Shown: piece by piece, positions 28,514 through 40,772 of the stretch
Position numbering within the stretch: position 1 is the first letter of the stretch
Layout: the number at the start of each line of letters is the position of its first letter
Assembly: GCF_009914755.1 (NCBI RefSeq)
Contig: NC_060929.1
Direction: 5' to 3' (one strand)
DNA: 64,000 bases
Source of the DNA: the human T2T-CHM13v2.0 reference genome, Homo sapiens
Position numbers and translations under genes: made by a program
Notes under the pieces: model-generated
What the model saw: the letters and a program-made list of their open reading frames with translations, nothing else
Told to the model about the DNA's origin: nothing
The model's database searches: none

Positions 28514-29805
28514 TGAAGTTTCACTCCGGTTTTTAGATTTATCATAGGCTTTATTTTGGAATAATATTTCAAGCTGAAAAAAGCATTATACATTGTTTAT
28601 CCAGATTTTAATATTTTCTATCAGGATTTTAATGGACTTATGCTATCCAATAGATTTAAATTCATAAACTTTGAGTATTTTTTCTCTGTAATTTATATTT
28701 TTAAATTAAATTTTTCAACAATAAGGAAATACTTATTTTCAACAAGTTAAAAGTTGTGTATTGTACATTTAAAATGTTTTATACTAAATTTTGTAATTTG
28801 GTTAAAACTTATTTGAATAGGTCACATACAGCAGATTGTCTGAAGAGCCCCCCTCCTGAAACATTAATTCTATTTATAATGTGGAAATAAGTTATATTAG
28901 TCATTCAGACAAATAGAAAGTCTGCTCAATTATCTGTTAAGTCAGACTATTTTTGGCTACAAAAATTGGTAGCAACTGGTTAAACAGCTATTCCTTTCTG
29001 TAGGGGTGGAGCCCTAGCTGCACCACAGAGATCCATTTTCATGTAACCCCAAGAAGGAAGTGATTTTCTCTGTCAGAGATAATGTGATTTAGTCCTTCCC
29101 TTGGCCACAATGTGACAAAGAAATATTACTGCATAACACATAGACACACAAAGAACACTCAAGTTGGAGAGATAAGCTTTTCTAAGGTTAAATGGAAAAA
29201 CATCCAGTCAGCATTCAGCAAAGCATGCAGAAGAAAAGCAAGCTCACTGAAAACAAAAATGAATTATACGGCAGAACTTAAAGCAAACATTGAGCAATTT
29301 TATTATCAAAGGCCGAGTAGAGGGTAGAAGCATGACTTTCACAGACCTCCAATTCAGATGTACAGACATGCAATATCATTTTCATGTAACTGCATTTAAT
29401 TTGTATCACAAATCCTCACTTCTGAGTAATAATAGAAACTCCAATTTAATCACTTCCTTGTAGACTCTGTCAAATTCAATTACTTCAATATATTAAACAC
29501 AGTAAATTTGAGGATTCTGTATGCTCACTATATCTCCCTTTCTTTCTGAAATTGATCCTTGTTCTGGGATATTTAATTAACATGCCCCAAGCTAGTGCCG
29601 TGCCAGTGGAGATGAGTATATGGCTGGTGGACACACAAGACCCTATGCAACATTTCACCTAGGCACTCAATTCTGTGCAGGCTCCCTGTGGGCTTCCCTC
29701 CATGTTGGCATCACTGAGTCATGGCCCACTTTGCTACCTAGTATTCAGCCCTTCCTGTCCTGGCCTCTGCTATCTATATTCTCCTCTGCAGAATTTGGTG
29801 ATATT

Positions 29806-30496
29806 TCAGAGTACTGATTGGTGCGTTTACAATCCCTGAGCTAGACAGTGCTGATTGGTGCATATACAATCTTCCAGCTAGATATAAAAGTTCTCCAAGT
29901 CGCCACCTGACTGAGGAGCCCAGCTGGCTTCACCTAGTGGATCCCCAGCCGGGGTGCAGGCGGAGCTGCCCGCCAGTCCCACGCTACACGCCTGCACTCC
30001 TCAGCCCTTGGGCGGTCGATGGGACCAGGTGCAGGCGGAGCAGGGGGCAGAGCCTGTCGGGGATGCTCGGGCCGTAAGGGAGCCCATGGTGGGGGCAGCT
30101 GAGTCCTGGTGAGAATTCAAGCATGGTGCGGGTGGGCCGGCAGTGCAGGGGGACCTGGCACCCCCTCTGCAGCTGGTGACCTGGGTGCTAAGCCCCTCAC
30201 TGCCTGGGGTGGCAGTGCCGGCCGGCTGCTCCGAGTGCCGGGCCTGCCGAGCCCACGCCCACCCGGAACTCATGCTGGCCTGTGACCACCGTGTGCAGCC
30301 CCAGTTCCCGGCGGTGCTTCTCCCCCCACACCTCCCCTCAAGCAGAGGGAGCCATCTCCGGCCTTGGCCACACTAGAGAGGGGCTCCCACAGTGCAGCGG
30401 TGGGCTGAAGGACTCCTCAAGCATGGCCAGAGTGGGCACCAAGGCCAAGGAGGCACCCAGAGCAAGCGAGGGCTGCCAGCATGCTGTCACTTCTCA
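29806..30496 (-). mobile_element. LTR12 (ERV9; D/E-like), 5' portion only
   Basis: Minus-strand start tgagaagtgacagcatgctggcagccctcgc; GC-rich U3; ctgattggtg (CCAAT) repeats at 29813 and 29851. Confidence 0.92.
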
Positions 30497-33108
30497 TGAT
30501 GATGTGGTTTTACTGTGTAACTGTTCCTCATCAGAGCTCGCGGACAATCATTCTCATGAGTTTTAAACATCAAATTACTTTATATTTTCATACCATGCCT
30601 TGTCTACTTGCTCATTACCAAATTTTTTTTGCAGTCTAATAAAATGGTATACGAGATTTTTATAAATGTTATTCTAAGATGTTCCAGTTGTTCACTTTGT
30701 ATTTTCAAAGGCAAAGATATTCTTACATTAAAACTGAAACATATTCATGTTAATCACAATTGTATACTCCTTTGTAAATCTTTACGTTTTCAATTTCATA
30801 AAGTTGTCATGTTAACACAATTGAAAAGTCTTTGGTATGAGAAGATTTAATTAGATTTCATGTCAGTAAAACTAGACATTTAATTCAAATGCATATCATA
30901 GCAAGATGGGAATATGAGAAATGAAAGAGCATCTGCTGAGATTTTGGACTTCGTACTTTACATTATTTTCATTTTGTTTTGTTTGAGTATTTTTTTAGCT
31001 AGAGCCTTGGTTTCTGTAGGTTAGAATGGAACTAGAAGGCAAAAAGTTTTTGCTAGAAAATAATCCCATTGTGCTCTCTGATTTTCTTTATCCAAGTAAG
31101 AACGTCACATATTTTGGGAACATATGCTTCAGGAATACTCAAATACACACATAAAAACAAAAGAAAACAAAAAAGCATAAAACTTTATATTATGAATATT
31201 TTAGCATGTATGTAAAATCAAATGAACCTTTGGCATCTTATGTTCATTGAAGTCCATTTTCCTATTGCCACGACTAGTGAAATGAATAAAAGCAAATAGC
31301 TATTTAAAATCTAGTCCATCTTATACATATAATAGAATTTTATACTAAGTGCTCAAGTTGATTGGGGGAATTTCAGGGCAGACTCTGTTTCCATCTGCTA
31401 TAAACAAAGAAACAGATTTCCAACAAATAATTTAGCCCTAGGTTTCCTCTGATCTTGCTGTGTGCTATATGAACTACGATCCCCCTACCTCAGTTGTGAT
31501 GTGAGCAGAACCCCCTCAATACACACACAGTAACTCCCTCATCTTTCAGGAAAGCCAGTCCTCTAAACATATATCTTTGTGTTTAAAGGCAGCCTGTGAA
31601 ACAAAATATTAGAATGCACACAGATAAAAAGTGAACAAAAATTGATGGTTCTTCATCATTTTGAATTTATTTGGTAGCATCTAAGAAATGTGATGTCACT
31701 GTAAAGTTTAATGAAGACCAGTATCAACCAATTGCATAAAAAAGCAAAATAAAATCATCTTTTCTTCAATGCAATCCACTAAACAATTTCTGCAAACAAA
31801 GTAAGACTGTGCTCTAGATAAATAAGCTGTCTGTTATAGAATTAATAGGTTTCAAACTAATTTATTTTTTTCTCAAAAACGATTTCGGAATTGAACTAGA
31901 TTAGGTTTTTCCCTTAGACTCTTCAGGATAACAATGAAGAGTAAACATATATTTATAGTTCCTTCATATAAAAAACTTGTATCAAATGATTTGCTGAATT
32001 TTCTTCCCTAGGCGTGTGTCTATAATGAAAGCCAGGCATTCTGAATTACATTTCTTATAGCACATATATTATTCTGTCAGTCTTCTGCATTATTTTTGAG
32101 AAATATCTATATTTCTTTTCTCCAATGTATGAGTTTGAAAGCCTAGAAATGACTTGGTGTTTTTGGGCAGATGACAACAGCCAAGGCCTTGAGTGATTAG
32201 GGGATGGGTTGCCGTTGCTGGCTGAACTTGTGCCCAGGCATGAAATATGAACCATGTGCACAGAGATAGTGCTACTAAAGGGTAGCCGAGTGGCAGCATC
32301 CAGAGTGTGCCCACCAGTAATACTTTCAAATATTCCAGTATACCCTTACATCCCAGTGACCACTCAATGGTTTCATTATGATAGCATCATTTGCGCACTG
32401 TGACAATGATATGGTACCAAGTGATGGTATCCGTACAAATTGTAGGACCATAACACCACCATCGTTTTGAAATATCCCCAGAAAAATATATTTTGAGCTT
32501 TTTCCATTTCCCCACTAATTTGGATTCCCTGTTAATGTGAAGACATAACAATGCTTTTGATAATTATTGTTAATGATTTTCTTCTCAAAGTCATTTATTT
32601 AACTGAGAGTTTTTGGCAAAGGGCTTTTTAGTAAATCTGAACAGCATTTTTAAACTTAGAAAACTGGCAGATGGCACATCATTTCTCTAGCACCCACAAC
32701 CACTCAGAAGCAAAACTAGTTTCAGTGCACAGTTCTTATGTACACAATATATCTGTATGACACAAGTAGAAATTTCAGTATAGTTCAAGGGATTCGACGT
32801 GAATTCTTATGAAAGAACCGAGGGCTCTCATTTGGCCACAAAAACTCTAGCCAGGCTTGCAGTTAACCCTGCTTAAAACAAAAGGTAAATGAGACTCTTT
32901 TACGTAATATGGAGAAAACAAATGTTTCAAGGGACAATACACAATATAACATTATGAGTGAACTAACATTACAAGGAATAATTACACTATGTATACAAAT
33001 GTTTCTTACTAATTTTCATATGGATGTTTTATATATATGAATAGTAATCATTTATATCATTCTTGTCAGTAGTAGCAAAACAATTTGATGATTTTTTTAT
33101 TCACGTAA

Positions 33109-33436
<328 letters not shown>

Positions 33437-33754
33437 AATGGTACACATTTTCTAAACAACTTCACCACTGAAAAATATGAAAAATATACATGAATTTAAA
33501 AGGTAAAATTCAGCCTGAATATAATGGTTCAAAATCAGTACATTACTTACCTGATGTTCAAGCTCTTTCTCTCTTTTAAGAATTACTATAGTATAGTGGC
33601 ACAAGTAAGATCAAACCTGTGAGTTTCTGTACAACGCTGACCTCTCTGACATGCCCATGAGACCTTCCCTAACATTATATTTCAAACTGATAATTTGCAG
33701 GTTGACTAGAATCTGGGATATAGACATTCATATATTTTTAGAAAAAGATATAAT

Positions 33755-34250
33755 GGTACTTTTTTTGAGGGGGGCAATTTGGCACATATGTTAAAGTGTT
33801 TAACCTAATAAATATTTGACATAGAAATTCCACTTCTAGTAATGTCTCAAACAAAAATATTTGCAAGTGAACACAAAGAAGTAAAGCTAAATCTCTCCAG
33901 TGTAGTATTGGTACAGCAGAAAACCGGTAACCATCATCCAGAGATGTGTGGTTAAATAATAAACATGGAAGCTTAATCCCAAGGAATACTAAACACCTCT
34001 TCAAAGGTAAGGTGAGGTAGCTATATGTGTCCTAGCCAGGAACGTTCTCTAATACATATAATTAGTGGGGAAAAAAAAGTCATAATACTGAATTTCATAC
34101 CATTCACTTTCAGATATTGTATAGATTAATTCATGGAAGAATTCACACATGTACAACCCTCTATTAACAGTAATTAACTTGGCATGTAATTTTTAAATGA
34201 GATGAAAAAAATGTTTTCCACTTTTACTGTATTTGCTATATAATTTCTTT
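33755..34250 (+). mobile_element. L1ME-type 3' region, very diverged
   Basis: gggcaatttggcacat...tttgacatagaaattccacttctag...ggttaaataataaacatgg. Confidence 0.6.
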
Positions 34251-34394
34251 AGATATATCTACTTTTTAAAAAATAATTCATGTGCTATTATTTTTATGTC
34301 AACATAAATCACGATGTTAAATAAGTATAAATCTTTCATTTTTATCATATTGCAATTGGTGGTGTGAAGAAAACTGGCATTCTTTTTAATTTAA

Positions 34395-34535
34395 GTGGCA
34401 CACATCTGTAATCCCAGCTACTTGGGAGGCTAAGCAGGAGAAGAATCACTTGAACCCCGGAGGCGGAGGTTGCAGTAAGCAAAGATCATGCCACTGCACT
34501 CCAGCCTGGGCAACAGAGAGAGACTCCGTCTCAGG

Positions 34536-34565
<30 letters not shown>
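34395..34565 (+). mobile_element. Alu right arm (AluS-like, 5'-truncated) with A30 tail
   Basis: gtggcacacatctgtaatcccagctacttgggagg...gagactccgtctc. Confidence 0.92.

Positions 34566-34609
<44 letters not shown>
34566..34609. repeat. Perfect (TA)22 microsatellite
   Basis: Directly visible after the Alu tail. Confidence 0.97.
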
Positions 34610-34613
<4 letters not shown>

Positions 34614-34679
34614 CTCTTTGTACACATGCAGTTTCATCTGCTTCATTCATTGGCAGTTATTCCAAGAGTGTATTTCATT

Positions 34680-36850
34680 ATTGCTTGACTTTTTACTTTT
34701 TTATTTTTTATTGTGGCTCTTATTATGAACTATCTGTGTGAATGCACAAGTGTACTTTAAAAGAATCTAGTTCTGGATAGAATGTTCTATTAATATATAT
34801 TTAAGAACAAGGTGTTTTATAGCGTTATTCAGGTTTTCTATATTCTACTAATTTTATAGTTTGTCCTTTCAGTTCTATCAATTTTTGCTTCAAGCATTTT
34901 GACACTCTTTTGGTGGATGTATACATATTTAGGATTCTGTGTTCTCATGGAGAATTGACCCCTTCATCATAATGTAATTTAGTGATTTTTTTTCTGGCAA
35001 TATTACTTGCTGTCAGTATACACTGTGTTAATATAACTACTCAAGGTTCTTTTGGATAAGTGCTTGCAATGTATATCTTTGACATCCATTTACTTTATGT
35101 ATACATCTTAAGTACATTTTTGAAGAGAGTATATTATTTGTTTATTGTTAGGTTATGTTTTATATCCAGACAACATGTGCCTTTAAATTTGAGGGTTTAG
35201 ACAATCTACATTACATGTGATTATTTATATGGTTGGATTAATTTCTAAACCTTACTAGCTGGTTTGTATCTGTTTCATTTGATTGTCTGCTATTTTTCTA
35301 CTTTATTTCAGGCTAAATAAGCTATTATGATTCAATTTTATCCTCTTTACTTATTTATTACTTACACCTCCTTTGTAATGGTTTATTTTTGCCCTAACAT
35401 TTGCAAAGTACACTTTTACTTAAACAGATTTTATTTTTACATAATAGTATACTGCTTTATGTGTAGAAAAGCTATACGAAAAAAAATTCCCAATTTCTCG
35501 CTCTCATTCTTTGTACTATTGTTGGACTATTGTACTGTTTATACCTACATATGCTAAAAAACACACAAGGCATATCCACAATTTTTTTCCTTTGAACAGT
35601 AGTCTTTTAGAGCCATTAAAAATTTTAAAAAACTTTATTTTTACTTTCATTCATTCCATTTCTAGCACTCTTTCTTTTTATGTATATATCCAAAATTTCT
35701 GTCTGGCATTATATTCTTTGTATTTGAAAAAATTATTTAAAATTTATGTGCTATGGCTCTGGTAGAATGAATTCTTTTAATGTTTAATTTTCTGAGAAAG
35801 TTGTTACATCTTCCTTATGTTTGAAAAATATTTTTGCTAGGTACAGATATCTACATTGGTGGATTTTAAACAATACACCATTTAAAGACCTTGCTTCGTT
35901 GTCTTCTACATATTTCTGATGAAAAGGCTGAATTATTTATTTCCTCTGTTCCCATCTGTATTATAATGTTTTCTTTTGTTCTAGCTGCCTTAATTTTTTT
36001 CATTTTTCTTTGCTTATTAGAATTTTCAATATAATATACTTACATATTTGCATGTGTGTACACATCTCTGCCTTTATGTCAGTTGACATTCTATGAGCTT
36101 TGTGAATCGTGTCTGCCATTAATTTTAGAAAATTTGAATATTTCCTTTCTTCAAATATTGATTTTTTTCTCTCTCTTCTTCTGGAATTCCTGTTATATGT
36201 ATATTACATCATTTGATCCCCATTCCTAAGCCCCACCCACCACTCAGCTCATGAATGCTCTGTTCTATTTTTTTTTCTATTTTTGCTTCAGATTGAGTAT
36301 TTTTACCAACTCATTCCAAGTTCACAGATTCTTTCCTTGCTGAACTCATTGAAGTAATTATTTCTGTCATTTGAGTTTTCACTTTTACCATTTCCATTTG
36401 ACTTTCCTTGTAACTCCCACTTCTCTGCCACCATTACCCATTTTCCTTTTCATGTTGTCCACCTTTTTCACTAGAGCCCTTAGCAAAATATTCTTAGTCA
36501 TCTTAATTTCTATAACATCTGTGTTTTTTTTTAATCTGGTTCTGTTGATTTCTTTGTCTGTTAGCAACGTGTTTTTGTTTTATTGTTTATTTTTATTCCA
36601 CTTTTTCATATATCTTGCAATTTGGTGTCTTTTTTAGGACAGTACGTAACTGAGGTAAGTAGATTTTGTGTCTGAAATTTTGCACATCTTTTCTCATGAT
36701 AGGTTTTAGAGGTGGGGTTCAGAGGGATTCTTATTTAAGCTTATTTTTGGTCTATTGTTAGATTTTCTCTATGCACTTTGCCTAAGAGGATATCTGTCCA
36801 TAGTGTGTTAATTCTTTCAGGAATGCTCCACTGGTGCTTGGTGTTTGAAG
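34680..36850 (-). mobile_element. Old L1M (ORF2 endonuclease region extending into ORF1/5' region)
   Basis: T-rich strand with L1M motifs: ttctatcaatttttgcttc, gaattgaccccttcatcataatgtaa, ttgaaaaatatttttgctagg, aagttcacagattctttc. Confidence 0.7.
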
Positions 36851-36984
36851 TTTGGTAGCATGCGGGTGAGAAGTCAATGCTCTTTCCATATCTTCACATA
36901 CCAAGTGGAAAGTCTCAACAGCTCACTTTAAACTTGTACCATCTAAGGCCCACGTTTTGTTTTGTTTTGTTTTTTGTTTTCTGG

Positions 36985-37821
36985 AAAATGCTTTGAGTCC
37001 GTAAGTGTGGACTGGGACAGATGGAGTTCTGCAAAAGAGGTAGATACTCTGAATGTATGAAACGCCTGTTCATGTAGTTTCTTGCGTCTTCTGGACCTGC
37101 TCAGGAATGTATTTCATCAAGGAAATACGTTCATCATAAAATGGTTTGCAGCTACATAAGCCTCACCATTTGATTCAGGCAACTGAAGTTGTGTAGCCAT
37201 GTAAGAACCGTTTGTGGGTATTTTGTCTCTACCAAGGCTCGATAACAAGCCAGCATTTTTTTTTTTCTTTGTTCCCCAAACCGAGTGAATTTCTTGGAAC
37301 TGGTTGCTCCAGAATCATAAGGGGGGTTTTCTCAAACTCCAGTTTAGCTTGGTAGAATTTCTGGCCACATCTTTACCCATCACTGTTACTTCTAACTCAT
37401 CTTATCCAGTGAATCATATGGCCCAGTGGCAGGGCACTTAATGCAGAGCCTAAATGCAGAGCACTTAGGCTCTAGGATACATATAAAACCAGCAGCCTTA
37501 AAAGATATCATTGGTAGTAAAGCAGTTTCCCTAAATACTCCATATTTTGCCCTTAAACTTAGTTACGCAACTGAGCATATTTACATTTTGTTAGTGGAGG
37601 AGGTATGAAATGCAACAATGTGTTCCTCAGCTCATAGCAGATGTTCATAATGCTGCAAATCATTAGACCTTTAAAATCTTTTCTAACATAGAAGTAGCCT
37701 GACAGGAGAATGGCGTGAATCGGGGAGGCGGAGCTTGCAGTGAGCCGAGATCTTGCCACTGCACTCCAGCCTGGGTGACAGAGCGAGACTCCGTCTCAAA
37801 AAAAAAAAATAAATAAAAAAT

Positions 37822-37853
<32 letters not shown>

Positions 37854-38545
37854 TAGCCTGAGTGTTCATGGGGTTTATCTCCAACTTTCCAGTATGCATG
37901 TGCCTTACGATGACATTTACATCACTTGCTATACACTGAAATCTATGTTTCAATGTGCTGTCCTGCCCTGTTGACTCTTTTATGGACACAGCACAGAAGA
38001 GTTTAAAGAGTAATAAAGTAAAACAGAAAATATTTATAATTGTCACTGTCCTCAGGTAAAGAAGCCATGCTTTTCATCTTTTTTATTGATTGAGGATTGA
38101 GAAGAAAGCTTTCATAAAATCGCTGGCACATGATAATTCCCAGGGGCAAGGTTAATCTTATCATTTAAACATACCATATTGAGAACAGTGGCTACAACTG
38201 GGACAAAGATATGATTAAATATATGACACTACACTGTCATCTGCCATAGGCGTGGCAGATGTCCTGGTTTCTGCAGAGAACAGACCAGGTGAGTTGAATG
38301 CAGATGTAGTGAGGCCACTCCTCCTGCATTCTTCAGATGTGTGATAGTGGTGTTTATCTCTACAGGTCCTCATAGAGGCAGTGGGTGTTTTTGATTCTAA
38401 TTCATTTTCTTGGCTAGAAGTGATGGAGAAATTTCAGGGGCTCCCATTTAACACTTCCTATCACAACAGCCACACTTCCGATTTTGGGGAATCAATATGA
38501 GACTTCTGTCACATGCTCAGTACATCTAAAATTGCTATAGATACA
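36985..38545 (-). pseudogene. Decayed ERVL-class endogenous retrovirus pro-pol segment (protease end, RT, tether)
   Basis: Minus-strand peptides resemble HERV-L Pol as recalled: SAFNSPGLFSAE region (cf. SPFNSPIWPVQK), [18 protein letters not shown] (cf. LVRHLRARGWEINPTKIQ), LLHFIPPPLTK (cf. LLHLAPPTTK), ALPLGHM region (cf. ALPLGPYDP), and gagcaggtccagaagacgcaagaaaactacatgaa (cf. AGPEGTSKLHE). Many stops and frameshifts. Confidence 0.8.
37703..37853 (+). mobile_element. AluY 3' fragment (about 95 bp body plus tail) inserted in the ERVL RT
   Basis: caggagaatggcgtgaa...gagactccgtctc plus (TAAA)n tail. TSD tagcctga at 37695-37702 and 37854-37861. Confidence 0.95.
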
Positions 38546-40402
38546 TTATTTTGTTTGAAAAACCTAAGGCTCTCTGCTATGGTTAGCAGTTCATGACTTT
38601 GTGTGGCTCCATTGAATGTTACAATCAGTTAAACACACTTTGGAAATCATCAGAACCACTCACACATGATGGCCAAGTTATTACTTTCACTGAAGCTTGA
38701 ATAAGCCAGAAGAAAACTTCTTTGCTATGAGGTTTATTTAAAATTTTGAGCCTGTTAAAGGAGTCAGAGTAGCATAGCCAAATTTGTTATGCATTTTCAC
38801 AGTATTGGACGAAGCTTAAAGAACATTTTACATGTTTCTTAGAAGCAGTGAGTGCAAGGCAGGACAATGTGGCTTTTATTTTGCAGGGATACATGGATAT
38901 ACCTCCAAAGCGTGGGCCAGGAGAAGCTTCACTAAGGATAGAGCCCCTGTATTTTGGGGGACATTATCTCTCATCTCATGGCACAGACATATCTCAACAA
39001 ATCATCTTGAGTGACTGCTGCTTCCTGCTCCCCGGTACTCATTAGCTTGCTGATATCAGTAGGCTGGATCAGTGTGACATCCCCTAGGATAGTGAGACAG
39101 ACAAGCTCTTTGCAGACTGATTTGTAGCGTAGAGCCGAATAAGGCAATTAGCCTTGAAAAAGACTCCCTTTCATTGTTGTATGCAGTTTTTTTAAGGACA
39201 GAAAAAAATATATTAAGAAATCAAGAACTACACAGCAGGGTAGAAGATCTTGATATTTTTAAGGAAAAAGACCATATATGGGATGTGGCATCAATCAAAG
39301 TACTAATTGTTTATAATTCTCTAATATTACTCTGTGTATTCAAGCAGGTGAGTTAAAGGTGGATATTATAACACTCACTATAATATATTTTCAAATCATC
39401 GAGGGCAGTTTCGATCTCTGTGATTCTCCTTGAAGATGTGATTTTCTTTTTATTTGTATTTTTAGAATGCCATGCAGGCTAGGGTGTCTGCTTGCCTTCC
39501 TACAATAATAGTTTCTTTTTTAAAGATACATTTTTCAGGAGTCAATTCTAGAATTTCTTTTGTTCTATGCTATTTGTTGAAATTACACACTAAGTCTAAA
39601 TTTTAATGTGTAAACTCAAATCAACTATCTCATTGATCATACAACAGCCAAAAGACTGCCCTTTGACAGGAAGACTGGAGTAACCCCTGACCAGAAGACC
39701 GGAGTGACATCCTTCCTATGAGATAACTTCAGTTTAGGGTTAGTGTTCACTAATCTCTGAAGTGCATAGGATATTTGCATTTTCTGATGCTCAGTTTCCA
39801 TACTAACAGCCAAGATATTGGCATGTAGTTACTTAGTGTGCTCTATATCTTTGAGATTGACTGAAGTCATAGTTTTAAGAATACAACTCTCAGTTACTCT
39901 TATTTAGGTCAATCTGGCACCCACTTAGTTTTTGGTTTTGATGTTGCTATTACATGTAAGTAGAACTTGACAGGTTGTCTATACATTTTCATACTGGAGA
40001 CATCGATGACTAACCCCAGATAACCTTTAATTCAAACCACTTCAATTATACTATGGCCAAACAACCTATGTGGAAATCATGACCATACGGCCAATAATAG
40101 TGGATGCTTCTACTTGGTCTCTGTTTCTCAGCAGTCTTATAGATGCAGTCTAAAGTCAAACAGATTTATTCTCAAGCAAGAGACTTGGAAGGAGGTGGTA
40201 TTGCAAAAGGAATTAAGTTTCATTTTTTTCAGGTAGAATGTATTACCCCTTATGCTATTTAAAAATTTAGTAAATAAACTTGGTACAGGTTCTAGGTTTT
40301 ACATGTGAGACTGAAGAGTTGACAAACATATAGGCCATATTTGCAGAGTCTTCATTATAATCATTATTTAGTACAGGTAAATTATTTTGTATTTATGAAT
40401 GT

Positions 40403-40772
40403 GTGATGTGGTGGTAACTTCTAGAGCCCAGTGTCTGGTTCCTCTCTCCTTTCAGGCACTTGAGAGTACAATGTCTAGCCCCTTTGAGTTAAGCAGGGCT
40501 TTGGAGTCCAGTTCTAGCCTTTGGGCTTTGAGTGACACATAACGTTTCCTGAAGTACTTCATTGTAGGAGAATTCTTGCCCCACTGGGACAACCCCTGAA
40601 GCCTTCTGTTGAAATGGTGCCATTTTAAGAAGGTAGAGTCTGCATTAGCTTATTATCTTCTGTCATGAGCAGAAGCCCTGCTCTGCCTTGAAAACATAAT
40701 GAGCCAGACAAAAAAGTTGTTGAAATTTTGTACTAAATTTTATGACAGCATAGCCTGACCACCCTAGTTAAT
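40403..40772 (+). mobile_element. Old MLT1 (I/J-like) LTR
   Basis: gcccctttgagttaagcaggg...ttctagcctttggg...ttatgacagcatagcctgac. Confidence 0.55.

Noticed and set aside
29900-30500. CpG-island gene promoter
   Set aside because: GC and CpG richness is fully explained by LTR12 U3 sequence.
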